A DNA stretch of 64,000 nt from Mobula hypostoma. Its lineage: Eukaryota. Of this stretch, positions 50,408 through 63,806 are shown one piece after another. How positions within the stretch are numbered: position 1 is the first letter of the stretch; every line of letters starts with the position of its first letter. The notes below the pieces were generated by a model. That model saw nothing but the letters and a program-made list of their open reading frames with translations. It did not search any database and was not told the DNA's origin. The position numbers and the translations under genes are program-made. Location of the stretch: contig NC_086097.1 of NCBI RefSeq assembly GCF_963921235.1, positions 215,762,001 through 215,826,000 of the forward strand, written 5' to 3'.

Positions 50408-51250
50408 GATCTACTCCCTCTTCACCTGTGACTCTGTGGCTAGCCACAGCACCAATAGCATCCATAAATTCACCAATGACACAACTGTTGTCGGCAGGAT
50501 CTCAGATGGTGATGAAGGGGCGTACAGGAGCGAGACAGAGTGGCGTTGCCACAGCAACCTTGCACTCAGTGTCAGTAAGACCAAGGAATTGATTGTGGAC
50601 TTCAGGAAGGGGAAGTTGAGGGGAACAGGCACCAGTCCTCATCGAGGGGTCAGAGGTAGAACAGGTAAGTAGTTTCAAATTCCTAGCTGTCAACATTTTG
50701 GAGAATCTGCCTGGGTACAACATATTGAAGAAGGCATAACAGCAACTATATTCCATTAGGAGTTTGAGGAAACTTGGTATGTCACAAAGACACTTGCAAA
50801 TTTCTGCAGATTTTCCATGGAGAGTAGTCGAGCTGGTTGCACCGCTGTCTGGTATGGGGAAGGGGCCACTGCACAGGAAAACCAACAGAGAGTTGCAAGT
50901 TCACCCAGCGCCCCAGCATCGAGGACACCTTCAAAATGTGATGCCTCGGAAAGGCAGTATCCTTCATTAAGGACCCCCTCCACAAAGGACATACCATCAG
51001 GATAGAGGTACAGGAGACAGACTCAATGTGTAAGGAATAACTTCTTCCCCTCTGCCATCAGACTTTTGAATGGTCCATGAACCCATGAACGCTACCTGAC
51101 TGTTTTTGCTCTCTATTTGCATGACTTACCTAATTTAATTCTTTGTATATTATTGTAATTTATAGTGTTTTTATGTATTGCTCTGCACTGCCATCACAAA
51201 ACAACAAATATCACAACACATGTTAGTGATAATAAACGTGACTGATTCGT
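50408..51250 (+). mobile_element. Rex1/Babar LINE 3' fragment
   Basis: KFTNDTTVVGRIS..AYRSE..KTKELIVDFRK; tail AATAAAC..CTGATTC. Confidence 0.85.
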
Positions 51251-52034
51251 CAGATACAGTACTTGTACTTGTGTCACCTCATGCTCCATGCTTTCTGAAT
51301 GGACTGCATGTTATCTTCATATCTGATGGTAACATCATCCATCATTCTTTGACCTATACCAAGTCCATCCTCCACTGAGCTGCATCCACTAAGTGGAGGT
51401 GGGGATCAGTGTCTGGTTCGACCATACTTGCGCACACACTCTGTCATCTTGTTGAGCTTCTTGGTTCTGGCACAGGCAGAGATGAGTGCAAGAGTCTCAT
51501 TATCGATTTTATATCATCTACATATCTACCTGCTGTGATATTTCATAGCCTGTGATGCACCTGGTTGAGTACAAGTTATAATACAGTAAAATTACATTTT
51601 TTAACAGGTGATTTCTGGAGCCATAAGATATTGATGCAGAAATAGGCTAACCCTCCCATCAAGTCAGTTCCACTTTTCAATCATGGCTTCTTCCCATAGC
51701 CCTTAACTCGCTTACCAATCAAGAAACGATCAATCTCAGTCTTAAATACACACCGTGACTTGGCTTCCACAGCCTTCCACAGATTCACCACCCGCTGGCT
51801 GAAGAAATTCCTCCTCGTCTGTTATAAAGGGACATCCCTTTATTCCGAGACTGTGAACACAGATCGCAGACTCTCCTTCTAATCAGAATCTGGTTTAATA
51901 TAGCCAGCATATGTCATGAAATTTGTTAACTTTACAGCAGTAGTACAATGAAATACATGATAAATTAATATAGAGAAAAAATGAATTATGTTAAGTATGT
52001 TATGTATATTTCTATTAAATAGTTAAGTTAAAAT

Positions 52035-52512
52035 AAGTCTGTCTGAGGCATCCGTCGGTCAGAGTTGATCACGAATATTACATCCTAGCTGTCTAGATAA
52101 GCAAGCCTGGGCAGTATGATATGGAGAGCAAGCTGTCGCCCATGTAGCAAGCTCCCCCTCTCCATGCAACTGAGGAACCCAAAGGAACAGCAGAGACCAA
52201 TACAGTTTGTCACCAGCAGCATCGCAGGAGTTGCCAGTCAGCATTGAACTCAATGTAGGGGTGCCTTAGGGACTCCAGCTCCAGATTTTTCCCTTGGGGT
52301 TTACTCCTGAAGCCTTCCCCATGAGTGGCTATAGCCGCAAGGCAGCGGAAGTTTGAGGTCAGGATCTTCCTTCTCCTAGATGAGCTGCCAACCATGGCTG
52401 ACGAGTCTCATCTGCCTGAAGTGACTGGTTCTAAGGTGCCAGTAACCCGCCTTTGCCCGTTCTCCTGTCAGTAGAAACAGTTCCGTCAGGTTTAGTGGCT
52501 AAGCCACATGTG
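52035..52512 (-). mobile_element. RTE-related non-autonomous element (5'-UTR-like segment)
   Basis: CCTTCTCCTAGATGAGCTGCC..GGCTGACGAG segment recognised as RTE-like; not confirmed. Confidence 0.45.
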
Positions 52513-52744
52513 GATGTGGAGAGGATGTTTCCTACGGTAGGGGTATCCAGGAACTAGAGAGCACAGCCTCAGAATTGAGGGGCGGCCACACCAGACAGTG
52601 ATGCGGCCAGTCAGAAAGCTCTCTGCAGCATATCACTGCTTTGATTCAGCCATCACGTTCCTGGCCGTCAGCATCCTGGGCCCAGCGCAGTGCGCAGCCA
52701 CAAAAAACTTTGTTGGGTGATTGGGGAGATTCAGTAAGTCAGAG

Positions 52745-53207
52745 CAATCCTTACAAATTTCTATAGGTGTACTGCGGGGAGCATTTTGATGGATTGCATC
52801 ACAGTCTGGTGTGGTGGCTCCAATGCACAGGACTGTAATAGGCTGTAGAGGACTGTAGACTCAGTCAATTCCATCTCAGGTACAATCCCCTCCACCATTG
52901 AGGAGGTCTTTACGAAGCTGTGCTGTAAGAAGGCAGCATCCATCACTAAAGACCCTTACCATATAGGACATGCCCTCTTGTTACTATCATTGTAGAGGAG
53001 GATATGGAGTTTGAAGACACCCACTCAACAATTCAGAAACAGCTTCTTCCCTTCTGCCATCAGGTTTCTGAAACGTCCATAAACCCAGGGATACTGTCTT
53101 TTCGCACTGTTTTGTAACTTACTGTAATTCTTATTCTTTTGCACTATACGGCTGCTGCAAAACAATACATTTCACATCATGTATGTCAGTGATAACAAAT
53201 CTGATTT
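52745..53207 (+). mobile_element. Rex1/Babar LINE 3' fragment
   Basis: ILMDCITVWCG..KKAASITKDP..FRNSFFPSAIR remnants. Confidence 0.75.
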
Positions 53208-53484
53208 GGATGACCATATCTTCGGGCAGTTCCAGAGCAGCTTTTATCTGGTCTCAGCTTGGTGTATTAGGATTTCTGGTTTGGGAAGGCCCAGCACAGC
53301 ATCTCACTTCTGGAGTACAGGTTTCTTTTGCAGTTCCAATGACTTCTCTAATGAAGGATCTTGGACCTGAAACTTTAACTGTCACTCATTCCACAAATGC
53401 CACCAAGTGTCTCTAGCATTTTCCATTTTGATTTCAGGTTTCCAGCATCTAGAATTTTCTTTTGATTTTCATTACAGGTAAAGC

Positions 53485-53990
53485 ATTAACAAGAATGCAC
53501 AAAGTCAACCTGGGTCTATGAAAGGGAAATCATGTTGAATAAATCTAATGGAGTTTTAAGTATGCAACTAGTAGGATAAAGGAGAACCAGAAAATATAGT
53601 ATATTTGTACAATGAGTTGTCTTTTGATAAAATTCCACATGAAAGGTTAATGTTCAAAATTAAACTGCATAGAGTTGTGGGAAATTTACTGGCATGGATA
53701 TAGAACTCAATGAGAGAGACAAGGAATAAACAGGCCAGTTTCCAGGTGGCAGATGGTGACATAAAGGGTACCATGAAGATCAAGCATGGACCCTTGCCAT
53801 TCATAATATCCACCAATGATTTGGACGAGGGAATTACATGCAACATTTCCAAGGTCGCAGATGACACAAAGCTCAGTATGGGGTGGGAATGAGTTGTGCA
53901 GACGATGCAAGGAGGTCCCAGTGCAAGTTGAGTGAGTGACAAAAGTACATGGCAGATGTAGTAGATATTATGCACACTTTGATTCTAAGA
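53485..53990 (+). mobile_element. Old CR1 RT fragment
   Basis: NDLDEGITCNISKVADDTKL. Confidence 0.75.
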
Positions 53991-54039
53991 CAGGAGTACA
54001 CACTGGCAGGTCATAGATGAAGCCAGACGAGGGGAAAGG

Positions 54040-55505
54040 CAAAACGCACAAAATGCTAGAGCAACTCAGCAGGTCAGGCAGCATCTATGGAAAAGAGTAA
54101 ACAGTCGACGTTTCAAGCCGAGGCCCTTCATTCTTTTCCATGGATGCTGCCTGGACTGTTGAGTTCCTCCAGCATTTTGTGTGTGTTGCTTTGGATTTCT
54201 GGCATCTGCTGACTTTCTTGTGAGGGGGAAAGTAGGTGGGTGGAGGAGGGGGATAAAGTAGGAAGCTGGAAGGAGATAGGTAGACAAGGAAATGGGCTGT
54301 AGAAAATGGAATCGAATAAAAGAGGACAGTGGGTCATGGGAGAAAGGGAAGGAGGGAGGTGATGGGCAGGTGAGGAGAAGATAAGGTTGAGAAAGTAATC
54401 AGAATGAGGAATGGAGAAAGAGAGAAGGCAGGAGGGGGAGAAACTACCTGGAAGTTATACAAATCAATGTTTATGTTATCAGGTGGGCAGCTACCCAGAC
54501 AGAATATGAATTGGAGCTCCTCCAGTCTGAGCTAGGCCTCATCATGGCAGCAGAGGAGGCTTGGCAGACATACCAGAATGTGAATGGGAGGTTGAATTAA
54601 AATGGGCAGCCACTGGAATATCCTGCCTTTTGCAGCAGAGAGAGTGAAAGTGCTCGCCAAACCCGTTCCCCAATCTACATCAAGTCTCACCATTGTAGAG
54701 GAGGCCACACCAGGAGCACTGGATACAAGAGATTCAAGATTGTTTAATGTCTTTTCCAGTACACAAGTATAAATAAGAATGAAATAATTGTCATTCCAGA
54801 TCTGAAGCAGCACAAAAATGAATCCATAAGAAAAAGAACATGATAAATATTAATAGGTACATGAGATAGCTTAAATGCATAGATTGCATGTACATAAAGT
54901 GATGCTCGGTACAAGGGTGTCTGTACAGGAAATGATAAAGTAGTGGTGGTGGGGTGAGTTAGTGGGTGGAGGTGCTCATCAGCCTTGCTGCTTGGGGAAA
55001 GTCACTGCATTTGACCATGACAGACTTGCAGATGAAGTCTCATTGTGCCTGGAAGGACTGGGGCCCAGAATGATGCTGAGGGAGGACATGTAAGGGCAGG
55101 GGTAGCAATTGTCATGCTTGCGGGGTAAGTGCCAGGAGGGAGATCACTTGGGGGGTGGGAACGTGGACAAGGGAGTCACATAGAGAGCGATTTCTATGGA
55201 AAGCAGGGGTGTGTGGGAAAAATATGCTTAATTGTAGGACCTGGCTGGAGAGGGTGGAAGTTAGAGAAATGATATGCTGTATACAGAGGCTCCTAGTAAG
55301 AACAAAACCCTATCCCTATTATGAGGGGGGGGGTGCGAGAATATGTGGGAAAAGGAGGAGATGCGGGTGAGGGCAACATTAATGGTGGTGGAAGGGAAAC
55401 CTCCTTCTTTGAAAAATAAAGAGATCATCTCAGATGCTGTAGAATGGAAAGCCTCATCCTAAAAACAGATACGGCAGAGATGGAGGCACTGAGAAGAAGG
55501 AATAG
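54040..55505 (-). mobile_element. Degenerate PLE with fold-back end (54043-54222) and an inserted Rex tail
   Basis: Homology to 13747-15610 and 61560-62845; inverted terminal piece. Confidence 0.72.
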
Positions 55506-55561
55506 TAATGGAGTGTGGCACAAGCAGCAATCTAGAGATTGTGTGTTGGCTTTTTTTTTGG

Positions 55562-55827
55562 TATTATTTATTTATTTAGAGATACACAGGTAGCTTGGCT
55601 GTAACAGGCTCTTCCGGCCCAATGAACCCACACCATCAAATTGCATCCATGTGGCCAATTGACCCACTAATTCTTATGGCTTTGCATTGTGGGAGGAAAC
55701 TGTAGCACCTAGAGGAAATACACATGGTCACAGGGAGAATGTAGAAATTCCTTACGGTTATGGAACTGAACCCAAGTTACTGGCACTGTAATAGAGTTAC
55801 AATAACCGCTATGAAACTGTGCTGCCC
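55562..55827 (-). mobile_element. V-domain SINE, CR1-like tail
   Basis: GTGGGAGGAAACTGTAGCACCTAGAGGAAA..GGTCACAGGGAGAA core. Confidence 0.7.
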
Positions 55828-57051
55828 AAACTAAACTCAGCTAAAAATTACTTAGCTAAAAATTTGGCTTCCACCAGGCCGATGGGTTAGAAGAATCTCC
55901 AAGGAATTTCCTGGCCACTGGAATGTAAAGAGTTAAGGAATTTCTGAACAATTCCATCCAGCACAGTTTTAGGAAATACTATGATGTGCCTTATCAGCTC
56001 TACAGTTTCTTCATCAAAATGACAGCTGTGGAAAAATCTATGCTGGATCCAGCAACAATTACACTGTTGACAATTTTCTGTCCTATTTTTGAAGAGATTC
56101 CATTGGGACTGCAGGAAGCAAATAACAGTGCTCATTGTAAAAGACAGATAGAATAGGCTGACAGTGCCTTAGTTATGAGTCCATACCCACCATCAGAATT
56201 GTAACCCGAGGCCACACTATCACAAGCTGACAAGTTGTCATATTCAGACTCAATATAATCAAAATGGATCTTGTCACCGTCATGATTTCTGCTCTGCATG
56301 TAGAACATATATTTGTTCCAAGTTGTCTTAGTGTCTGTCTTCTCTAATATTCATCTTGATATGTCAAAAAATTTCTTGCGGTAGATCATTCGGATTTCTG
56401 TGAAATAATTGTAGGAATTGGTTTGATTTTCTGGAGGTTTTTAGACCATTAGTTGTTCACCCATTCTGTCCATCGTGTAGAACTTGGCATAGGCAACTAG
56501 GCAGCTGAAACAGGCAGGAACCTTGTAAATAAATACAAATTACGGTTAGATGAAGCAGTCATAATCCTTGGAGTTTCTTTTGTCTGGGCCTCCCAAAATG
56601 CCCCAAATTCTGCAAATACCCACCAAACCTAGATTATAGAGTCTGAGCAGAAGCCATTTTCATTGCTCAAGACTATCAGGGAAGTTGGAAGAGAGTTTGG
56701 TGATTTTTTTTACTTGTTTTATTTGAGGGACAAGGGTTTCTTTAGTTACTCTCCTTGCTGCACATGCATGAACAGGTTTAGATGAATTCCCACTTCATTC
56801 CTTAAAATTTTGCCCTTTCTGATCCAATTTCAGTATATTGTTGATAGTAGCTGCTCATCCAGACTTCCAGGTCCAGCTTTAATCCATAAAGTCTGTACAG
56901 ACATAAGGTCTTCCATAAGTCTGGTTCACCAATAGATCAAGGATCCAAGGTTGCCGGTTCCAAGAGATACAGTTTCTGTAGCAATCCAGAACCCAATCAC
57001 AAAATTTACTACCTTTCAATCAAGAACAGGTCTAATATATGCACGTTTAAG

Positions 57052-58170
57052 TGCCCCATTAACTCCATTTATATTTATGTATTTTGTAACTTCCATTGTA
57101 GTCTTAAAATTTTATTATTTCTTAAAGTTCAAAGTTCAAAGTAAACCTTATCATCAGAGTACATAGATGTCACCACATACAACCCTGAGTTTCTTTCTCC
57201 CGTGGGCATATAGTAATCAGCAAATCTCTAGGACAGTAATTGTAAACAGGGTCAATGAACAACAAACTATGCAAATACAAAAATAAATAAATAGCAATAA
57301 ATACCAAACATTAAATAACAAATGACAAGTCCTTTAAGTGAGACCATTGGTTGTGGGAATACCAGAAATGGAATGAATGTAGTTATCCCCTTTTGCTTAA
57401 GAGCCTGATGGTTGAGGGGTAGAAACTGTTCTTAACTTGGTGGTATGAGTCCTGAGGCATCTGTCCCTTCTACCCGATTGCAGCAATGAAAGAAGAACAT
57501 GGCCTGGGTGGTGAGGATCTTTGATGATTGATGCTGCTTTTCCACAGCAACGTTTCATATGGATGTGCTCAGTGGTTGGGAGGATTTTACCCATGATGTA
57601 CTAGGCTCAATCCACTACCTTTTGTTGGATTTTCTGTTGAAAGGTATTGGTGTTCCCATACTAGGCCATAATGCAGCCAGTCAGCACACTTTCCACCACA
57701 CATCTTTAGAAATTTGCCAAGGTTTTGATGATCTGCCAAATCCCTTCACGCTCTTGAGGAAGTAGAGGCGCTGTCGTGCTTTCTTTGCAATTATATTTAT
57801 ATGATGGGTCCAAGACAGGTCCTCTGAGTTAATGACACCCAAGAATTTAAATTGACACCCTCCACCTCTGATCCTCTGATGAACACTGGCTCATGGACCC
57901 CTGGTTTCCCTCTCCTGAAGTCTACAGTCAGTTCCTTGGTCTTATTGACATTCAGTGAGAAGTTTTTGTTATGACACCACTCAGCCAAATTTTCAATCTC
58001 CCTCCTGTATGCTGATTCATCACCACCTGCAATACAGCCCACAACAGTGGTGTCATCAGCAAACTTGTATATGGTGTTGGAGCTGTACTTAGCCACACAG
58101 TCATAGGTGTACAGTGAGTAGAGCAGGGGGCTAAGGACACATCTCTCTGGTGCTCCTGTACTGATGGAGA
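57052..58170 (-). mobile_element. Rex1/Babar LINE, 5'-truncated
   Basis: ISTGAPERCVLSPLLYSLYTYDC..KFADDTTVVG..KTKELTVDFRR. Confidence 0.9.
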
Positions 58171-58336
58171 ATGTTCGCACATTAATGCTGCAAGTTACAT
58201 CCCTCTCACAATAGAATTTAAGTAATTTCATCCTTAACTCTAAAACTGTAGCTTTCAATCTATCATTTTCTCCTATTTTCTACAAGCTTTATATCCTGAC
58301 ACATTGGCTCCTCAGTCTCGACCATCTTACAACTAA

Positions 58337-60715
58337 GAGTTTGTTAAGTGTGTCCAGGACAGATTCCTGTCACATTATGTGGACAGGCCGACTAGGGGAA
58401 ATGCCATACTAGATCTAGTACTAGGTAATGAACCGGGTCAGGTCACAAATCTTTCAGTGGGTGAGCATCTGGGGGACAGTGACCACCGCTCCCTGGCCTT
58501 TAGCATTATCATGGAAAAGGATAGAATCAAAGAGGACAGGAAAACTTTTAATTGGGGAAGGGCAAATTATAAGGCTATAAGGCTAGAACTTGCAGGTGTG
58601 AATTGGGATGATGTTTTTGCAGGGAAATGTACTATGGATATGTGTCGATGCTTCTTGCAGGATGTTAGGGATAAATTTGTCCCGGTGAGGAAGATAAAGA
58701 ATGGTAGGGTGAAGGAACCATGGGTGACAAGTGAGGTGGAAAATCTAGTCAGGCGGAAGAAGGCAGCATACATAAGGTTTAGGAAGCAAGGATCAGATGG
58801 GTCTATTGAGGAATATAGGGAAGCAAGAAAGGAGCTTAAGATGGGGCTGAGAAGAGCAAGAAGGGGGCATGAGAAGGCCTTGGCGAGTAGAGTAAAGGAA
58901 AACCCCAAGGCATTCTTCAATTATGTGAAGAACAAAAGGACGACAGGAGTGAAGGCAAGACCGATTAGAGATAAAGGTGGGAAGATGTGCCTGGAGGCTA
59001 TGGAAGTGAGCGAGGTCCTCAATGAATACTTCTGTTCGGTATTCACCAATGAGAGGGAACTTGATGATGGTGAGGACAATATGAGTGAGATTGATGTTCT
59101 GGAGCATGTTGATATTAAGGGAGAGGAGGTGTTGGAGTTGTTAAAATACATTAGGACGGATAAGTCCCCGGGGCCTGACGGAATATTCCCCAGGCTGCTG
59201 CATGAGGCAAGGGAAGAGATTGCTGAGCCTCTGGCTAGGATCTTTATGTCCTCGTTGTCCATGGGAATGGTACCGGAGGATCAGAGGGATGCGAATGTTG
59301 TCCCTTTGTTCAAAAAAGGTGGTAGGGATAGTCCAGGTAATTATAGACCAGTGAGCCTTACATCTGTGGTGGGAAAGCTGTTGGAAAAGATTCTTAGAGA
59401 TAGGATCTATGGGCATTTAGAGAATCATGGTCTGATCAGGGACAGTCAGCATGGCTTTGTTAAGGGAAGATCATGTCTAACAAGCCTGATAGAGTTCTTT
59501 GAGGAGGTGACCAGGCATATAGATGAGGGTAGTGTAGTGGATGTGATCTATATGGATTTTAGTAAGGCATTTGACAAGGTTCCACATGGTAGGCTTATTC
59601 AGAAAGTCAGAAGGCATGGGATCCAGGGAAGTTTGGCCAGGTGGATTCAGAATTGCTTGCCTGCAGAAGGCAGAGGGTCGTGGTGGAGGGAGTACATTCA
59701 GATTGGAGGATTGTGTCTAGTGGTGTCCCACAAGGATCTGTTCTGGGACCTCTACTTTTCGTGATTTTTATTAACGACCTGGATGTCGGGGTAGAAGGGT
59801 GGGTTGTTGGCAAGTTTGCAGACGACACAAAGGTTGGTGGTATTGTAGATAGTGTAGAGGATTGTCAAAGATTGCAGAGAGACATAGATAGGACGTAGAA
59901 GTGGGCTGAGAAGTGGCAGATGGAGTTCAACCCGGAGAAGTGTGAGGTAGTACACTTTGGAAGGACAAACTCCAAGGCAGAGTACAAAGTAAATGGCAGG
60001 ATACTTGGTAGTGTGGAGGAGCAGAGGGATCTGGGGGTATATGTCCACAGATTCCTGAAAGTTGCCTCACAGGTAGATAGGGTAGTTGAGAAAGCTTATG
60101 GGGTGTTAGCTTTCATAAGCTGAGGAATAGAGTTTAAGACTCACGATGTAATGATGCAGCTCTATAAAACTCTGGTTAGGCCACAATTGGAGTACTGTGT
60201 CCAGTTCTGGTCGCCTCACTATAGGAAGGATGTGGAAGCATTGGAAAGGGTACAGAGGAGATTTACCAGGATGCTACCTGGTTTAGAGAGTATGCATTAT
60301 GATCAGAAATTAAGGGAGCTAGGGCTTTACTGTTTGGAGAGAAGGAGGATGAGAGGAGACATGATAGAGGTGTACAAGATAATAAGAGGGTTAGCTAGAG
60401 TGGATAGCCAGTGCCTCTTCCCCAGGGCGCGGCTGCTCAATACAAGAGGACATGGCTTTAAGGTAAGTGGTGAGAAGTTCAAGGGGGATATTAGAGGAAG
60501 GTTTTTTACTCAGAGAGTGGTTGGTGTGTGGAATGCACTGCCTGAGTCAGTGGTGGAGGCAGATACACTTGTGAAGTTTAAGAGACTACTAGACAGGTTT
60601 ATGGAGGAATTTAAGGTGGGGGGTTATATGGGAGGCAGGGTTTGAGGGTTGGCACAACATTGTGGGCCGAAGGTCCTGTAATGTTCGGTACTATTCTATG
60701 TTCTATGTTCTATGT
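58337..60715 (+). mobile_element. CR1 LINE, 5'-truncated; ORF2 with frameshift and stops
   Basis: ORFs 58379..59764, 59641..59898, 59920..60123, 60151..60645 tile EN end, RT and C-terminus; (TTCTATG)n tail. Confidence 0.96.
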
Positions 60716-61093
60716 TAAGGGCTACTATGTCACACCATCCAAGCTGATTTGGAGGACACTCCCAGCTTGCAATTCAGTTTGTTTATTTTTTACACTGCTC
60801 TTTCACATATCCTTCACTTCGAGTGATTTCTTTGCATATTTCTTATTTCTTACAGGCATGTCTGTGTAATTATTTTATAAATTAATTTTCCCTTCACTTG
60901 TAGTTTCTGAAGCACAACGTCCGGGTATCCTACATTGTCTTTGATTTTCTTTGGAACCATTATTTATACAACTATTTGCTCTGAACCTGAATCTGATCCT
61001 GTTTAATATAATGATCAAATGTTTTATCCTAGGAACACACATCAAAGTTGCTGGTGAACGCAGCAGGCCAGACAGCATCTCTAGGAAGAGGTG

Positions 61094-61131
61094 CAGTCGA
61101 CGTTTCAGGCCGAGACCCTTCGTCAGGACTC
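61094..61131 (-). ncRNA. Minimal hammerhead ribozyme motif in a short PLE fragment (61034-61131)
   Basis: Reverse complement AGUC-CUGACGA-A-GGGUCUCGGCCU-GAAA-CG-UC^GACUG. Confidence 0.75.
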
Positions 61132-61559
61132 ACTGTTAGAACCATGACTTTAGTCCAGATCAGTGTAGTTTCTTCCTGACCAAATGGTGGTGCTGCTGCC
61201 CAGAGCACTGAAATCCCTACTCTCACACTCGCTCACTTCCCCAGTAAATATCTTGCAAATAGTTCATCGTGACTCATGTAATAATTTAGGTATTATTACC
61301 TTTGGAGATTTGTCTTTAATTTGCCTCCTAATTCCTGGTTCTCTGCCAGCAAGATTGTATCTCAAATCTCTTACGTTACTGACCTCCTTTCTTTGTATTC
61401 TTTCAAGACAGATTAAGACATTCCAGGTAGCTAACATAACAAGTGGGACTTTGGATCATGTTTGCAAATGATACCTTTTAGTCTCTGAAATTATTAAATC
61501 CTTTACAATTGCATTTATTGTGCTCTTTCTCTATCCCTCCTTCTTGACATTGCCTCCAA

Positions 61560-62845
61560 CTTCCACCTTGCCCTCAGATTTACTCAGTCCATTTCTAAAA
61601 CCTTTCTCCCCTTTCTCAAACTCTCTATCTCCATCTCTGGAGATACTCTATCTACTGATAAATTTTATAAGCCCAGACTGTCACAGCTATCTTGACTATA
61701 ACTCTTCAAACCCTGTCACTAGTAAAAATGCCATCCCTTTCTCTCAGTTCCTCTGTCTCCACCATATCTGTTCTTAGGATGAGGCTTTTCATTCCAAAAA
61801 AACTGAAATGTCCTCCTTCTTCAAAGAAAGGGGCTTCCCTCACTCGCATCTCTTCCACTTTGTGCACATCTGTCTTCACCCCATCTTCCTGCCACCATAC
61901 CAGGGACAGGGTTCCTCTTCTCCTCACCTGCCACCCTACAACCCTCTGCATGCAGCACATAATTCTCCGTAACTTCTGCCATCTCCAGTGGGATCCCACC
62001 ACCAAGCGCATCTTTCACTACCCTCCACCCCCGACTTCCCACCTTCCATAGCAATTGCTCCCTGCGTGACCCCCTTGTCCACTCGTCCCTTCTCACTGAT
62101 CTCCCTCTTGGCACTTATTCTTGCAAGTGGAACAAGTGCTACACCTGGCCCTAAACCTCCTCCCTCACTACCATTCAGGGGCCCCAAACAGTCCTTCCAA
62201 GTGAGGTCATCTACTGTATCCAGTGCCCCTAGTATGGCCTCCTGTATATCAGTGAGACCCAATGTAGATAGGGGGATGGCTTCATCGAGCACCTTCACTC
62301 TGTCTGGCACATCCAGAGGCCACCCATTTTAATTCCACTTCTCATTCCCATTCCAACACGTCAGTCCAAGGCCCCCCCTACTGCTACAATGAGGCCACAC
62401 TCAGGTTGGAGGAGCAACACCTTATATTCTGTCTGGGTAGCCACCAACCCGATGGCATGAACATTGACTTCTCAAACTTCCGGTAATGCTCACCGCAGTC
62501 CCGTCACCACTCCCCATTCCCATTTCCCTGTCTCACTTTATCTCCTCACCTGCCTATTGCCTTGCTCTGGTGCTCCTCCCCCTTCCCTTTCTTCCACAGC
62601 CTTCTGTCCTCTCCTATCAGACTCTCTAGCCCTTTATCTCCTTCACCAATCACCTTCTCAGCTCTTTACTTCACCCCTCTTCCCTCCTGGTTTCACTTAC
62701 CATGTGTTTCTTCCTCTCTTCCCCCCACTTTCTAACATCGGCTCCAGTACTAATGAAGGATTTTGGCCCGGAACAACAACCAAACTTTTTTCCATAGATG
62801 CTGCCTGGCCTGCTGAGTTTCTCCAGCATTTTGTGTGTGTTGCAT
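61560..62845 (+). mobile_element. Penelope-like element, degenerate (RT C-terminus, GIY-YIG region, terminal repeat)
   Basis: HSYLDY.SS.PV..KNAIPFSQFL, DRVPL, GPKQSFQVR, LRLEEQHLIF motifs. Confidence 0.85.
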
Positions 62846-62849
62846 AAAT

Positions 62850-63390
62850 ATAAATACATAAGCTAGCTTCTATGCATAGATTGATTGTGTGTCTATAAAG
62901 CAATGCTAGGCACAGGAGAATCTGTACATAAGGTGACTCTGACAGGAAATGATAAAGAGGTGGTGGTGAGAGGGTGTGGTGGTGTGTGTTTGTGGGTGGA
63001 GGTATTGATCAGCCTTACTGTTTGGGGAAAGTAACTGTTTTTGATGCATGTTGGGATGTTCTCTACTGCGCACCTCTAGAATGACAGGAGTACAGATGTG
63101 TACAATCCAGCTCTGTGTTGTACTTTAGCCTCCTCAGAAAGCAGAGGTGTTGGTTAGTGTTCTGGATTGTGTAGAATGTGTTCTGGGACCACGAGAGGCT
63201 GTGTGAGATGTGCACTCCCAGGAGTTTGAAACTGCTCGGAGTTTCCACGGCTGTGTTGCCAACGTAAATGGTGGAGGGAATTGTATGAGTTTTCTTGGAA
63301 TAGAGAACTATCTCCTTTGTCGTGTTGACTTTGAGGAAGAGGTAATTTGTCTGGCACTGTGCCATGAGCTCTTCCACTTCCTCTCTGTTA
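62850..63390 (-). mobile_element. Rex1-like LINE fragment
   Basis: Minus ORF EVEELMAQC..KVNTTKEIV..FKLLGVHISHSLSWSQN..FLRRLK. Confidence 0.7.
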
Positions 63391-63560
63391 TGAAACCAAA
63401 ACAATAACCGTTGCTCTCTCCAGATGTGGCCCAACCTGCTGAGTATTTCTAGCATTTTGTTCATATTTCAGAAATTAGTGAAGTAGAGATGCTGATAGTT
63501 ATTCCGTAACCTCTACCAGAATAAATAGGCGTTATCACCATTATCAGGCTCTGTGGTAAT

Positions 63561-63806
63561 TGATATGTTTTACAACTTCAAAACATTAAATTAATCAGGG
63601 AAGGTACAGGAGTCCAAAATGTGAGTCTAACTGCGTGTTTACTTTAAGCAACGTGCCCACATACCATGTAGTAGCGTGATGACATCTGCAATTTATATAT
63701 AGAACCTGTAATGAATTATGTAAACGAACAAGAATGCTTAATTAACCAATATCTATAAAGTTTACTTAAATATTAAGAAAATATTAAATACACAACACTC
63801 CTCCCT
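63561..63806 (-). mobile_element. LTR (family B) with an adjacent polypurine tract
   Basis: Minus strand AGGGAGGAG (63798-63806) immediately before TGTTGTGTATTTAATATT; homologous to 44349-44598. Confidence 0.6.

Noticed and set aside
52340..52512. HDV-like ribozyme in the RTE-related segment
   Set aside because: Only a simple stem-loop (AGATGAG/CTCATCT) could be drawn; no nested double pseudoknot was found by eye
57797..58258. 153-aa ORF as a host gene
   Set aside because: Mostly Rex1 RT sequence fused by chance to flanking DNA
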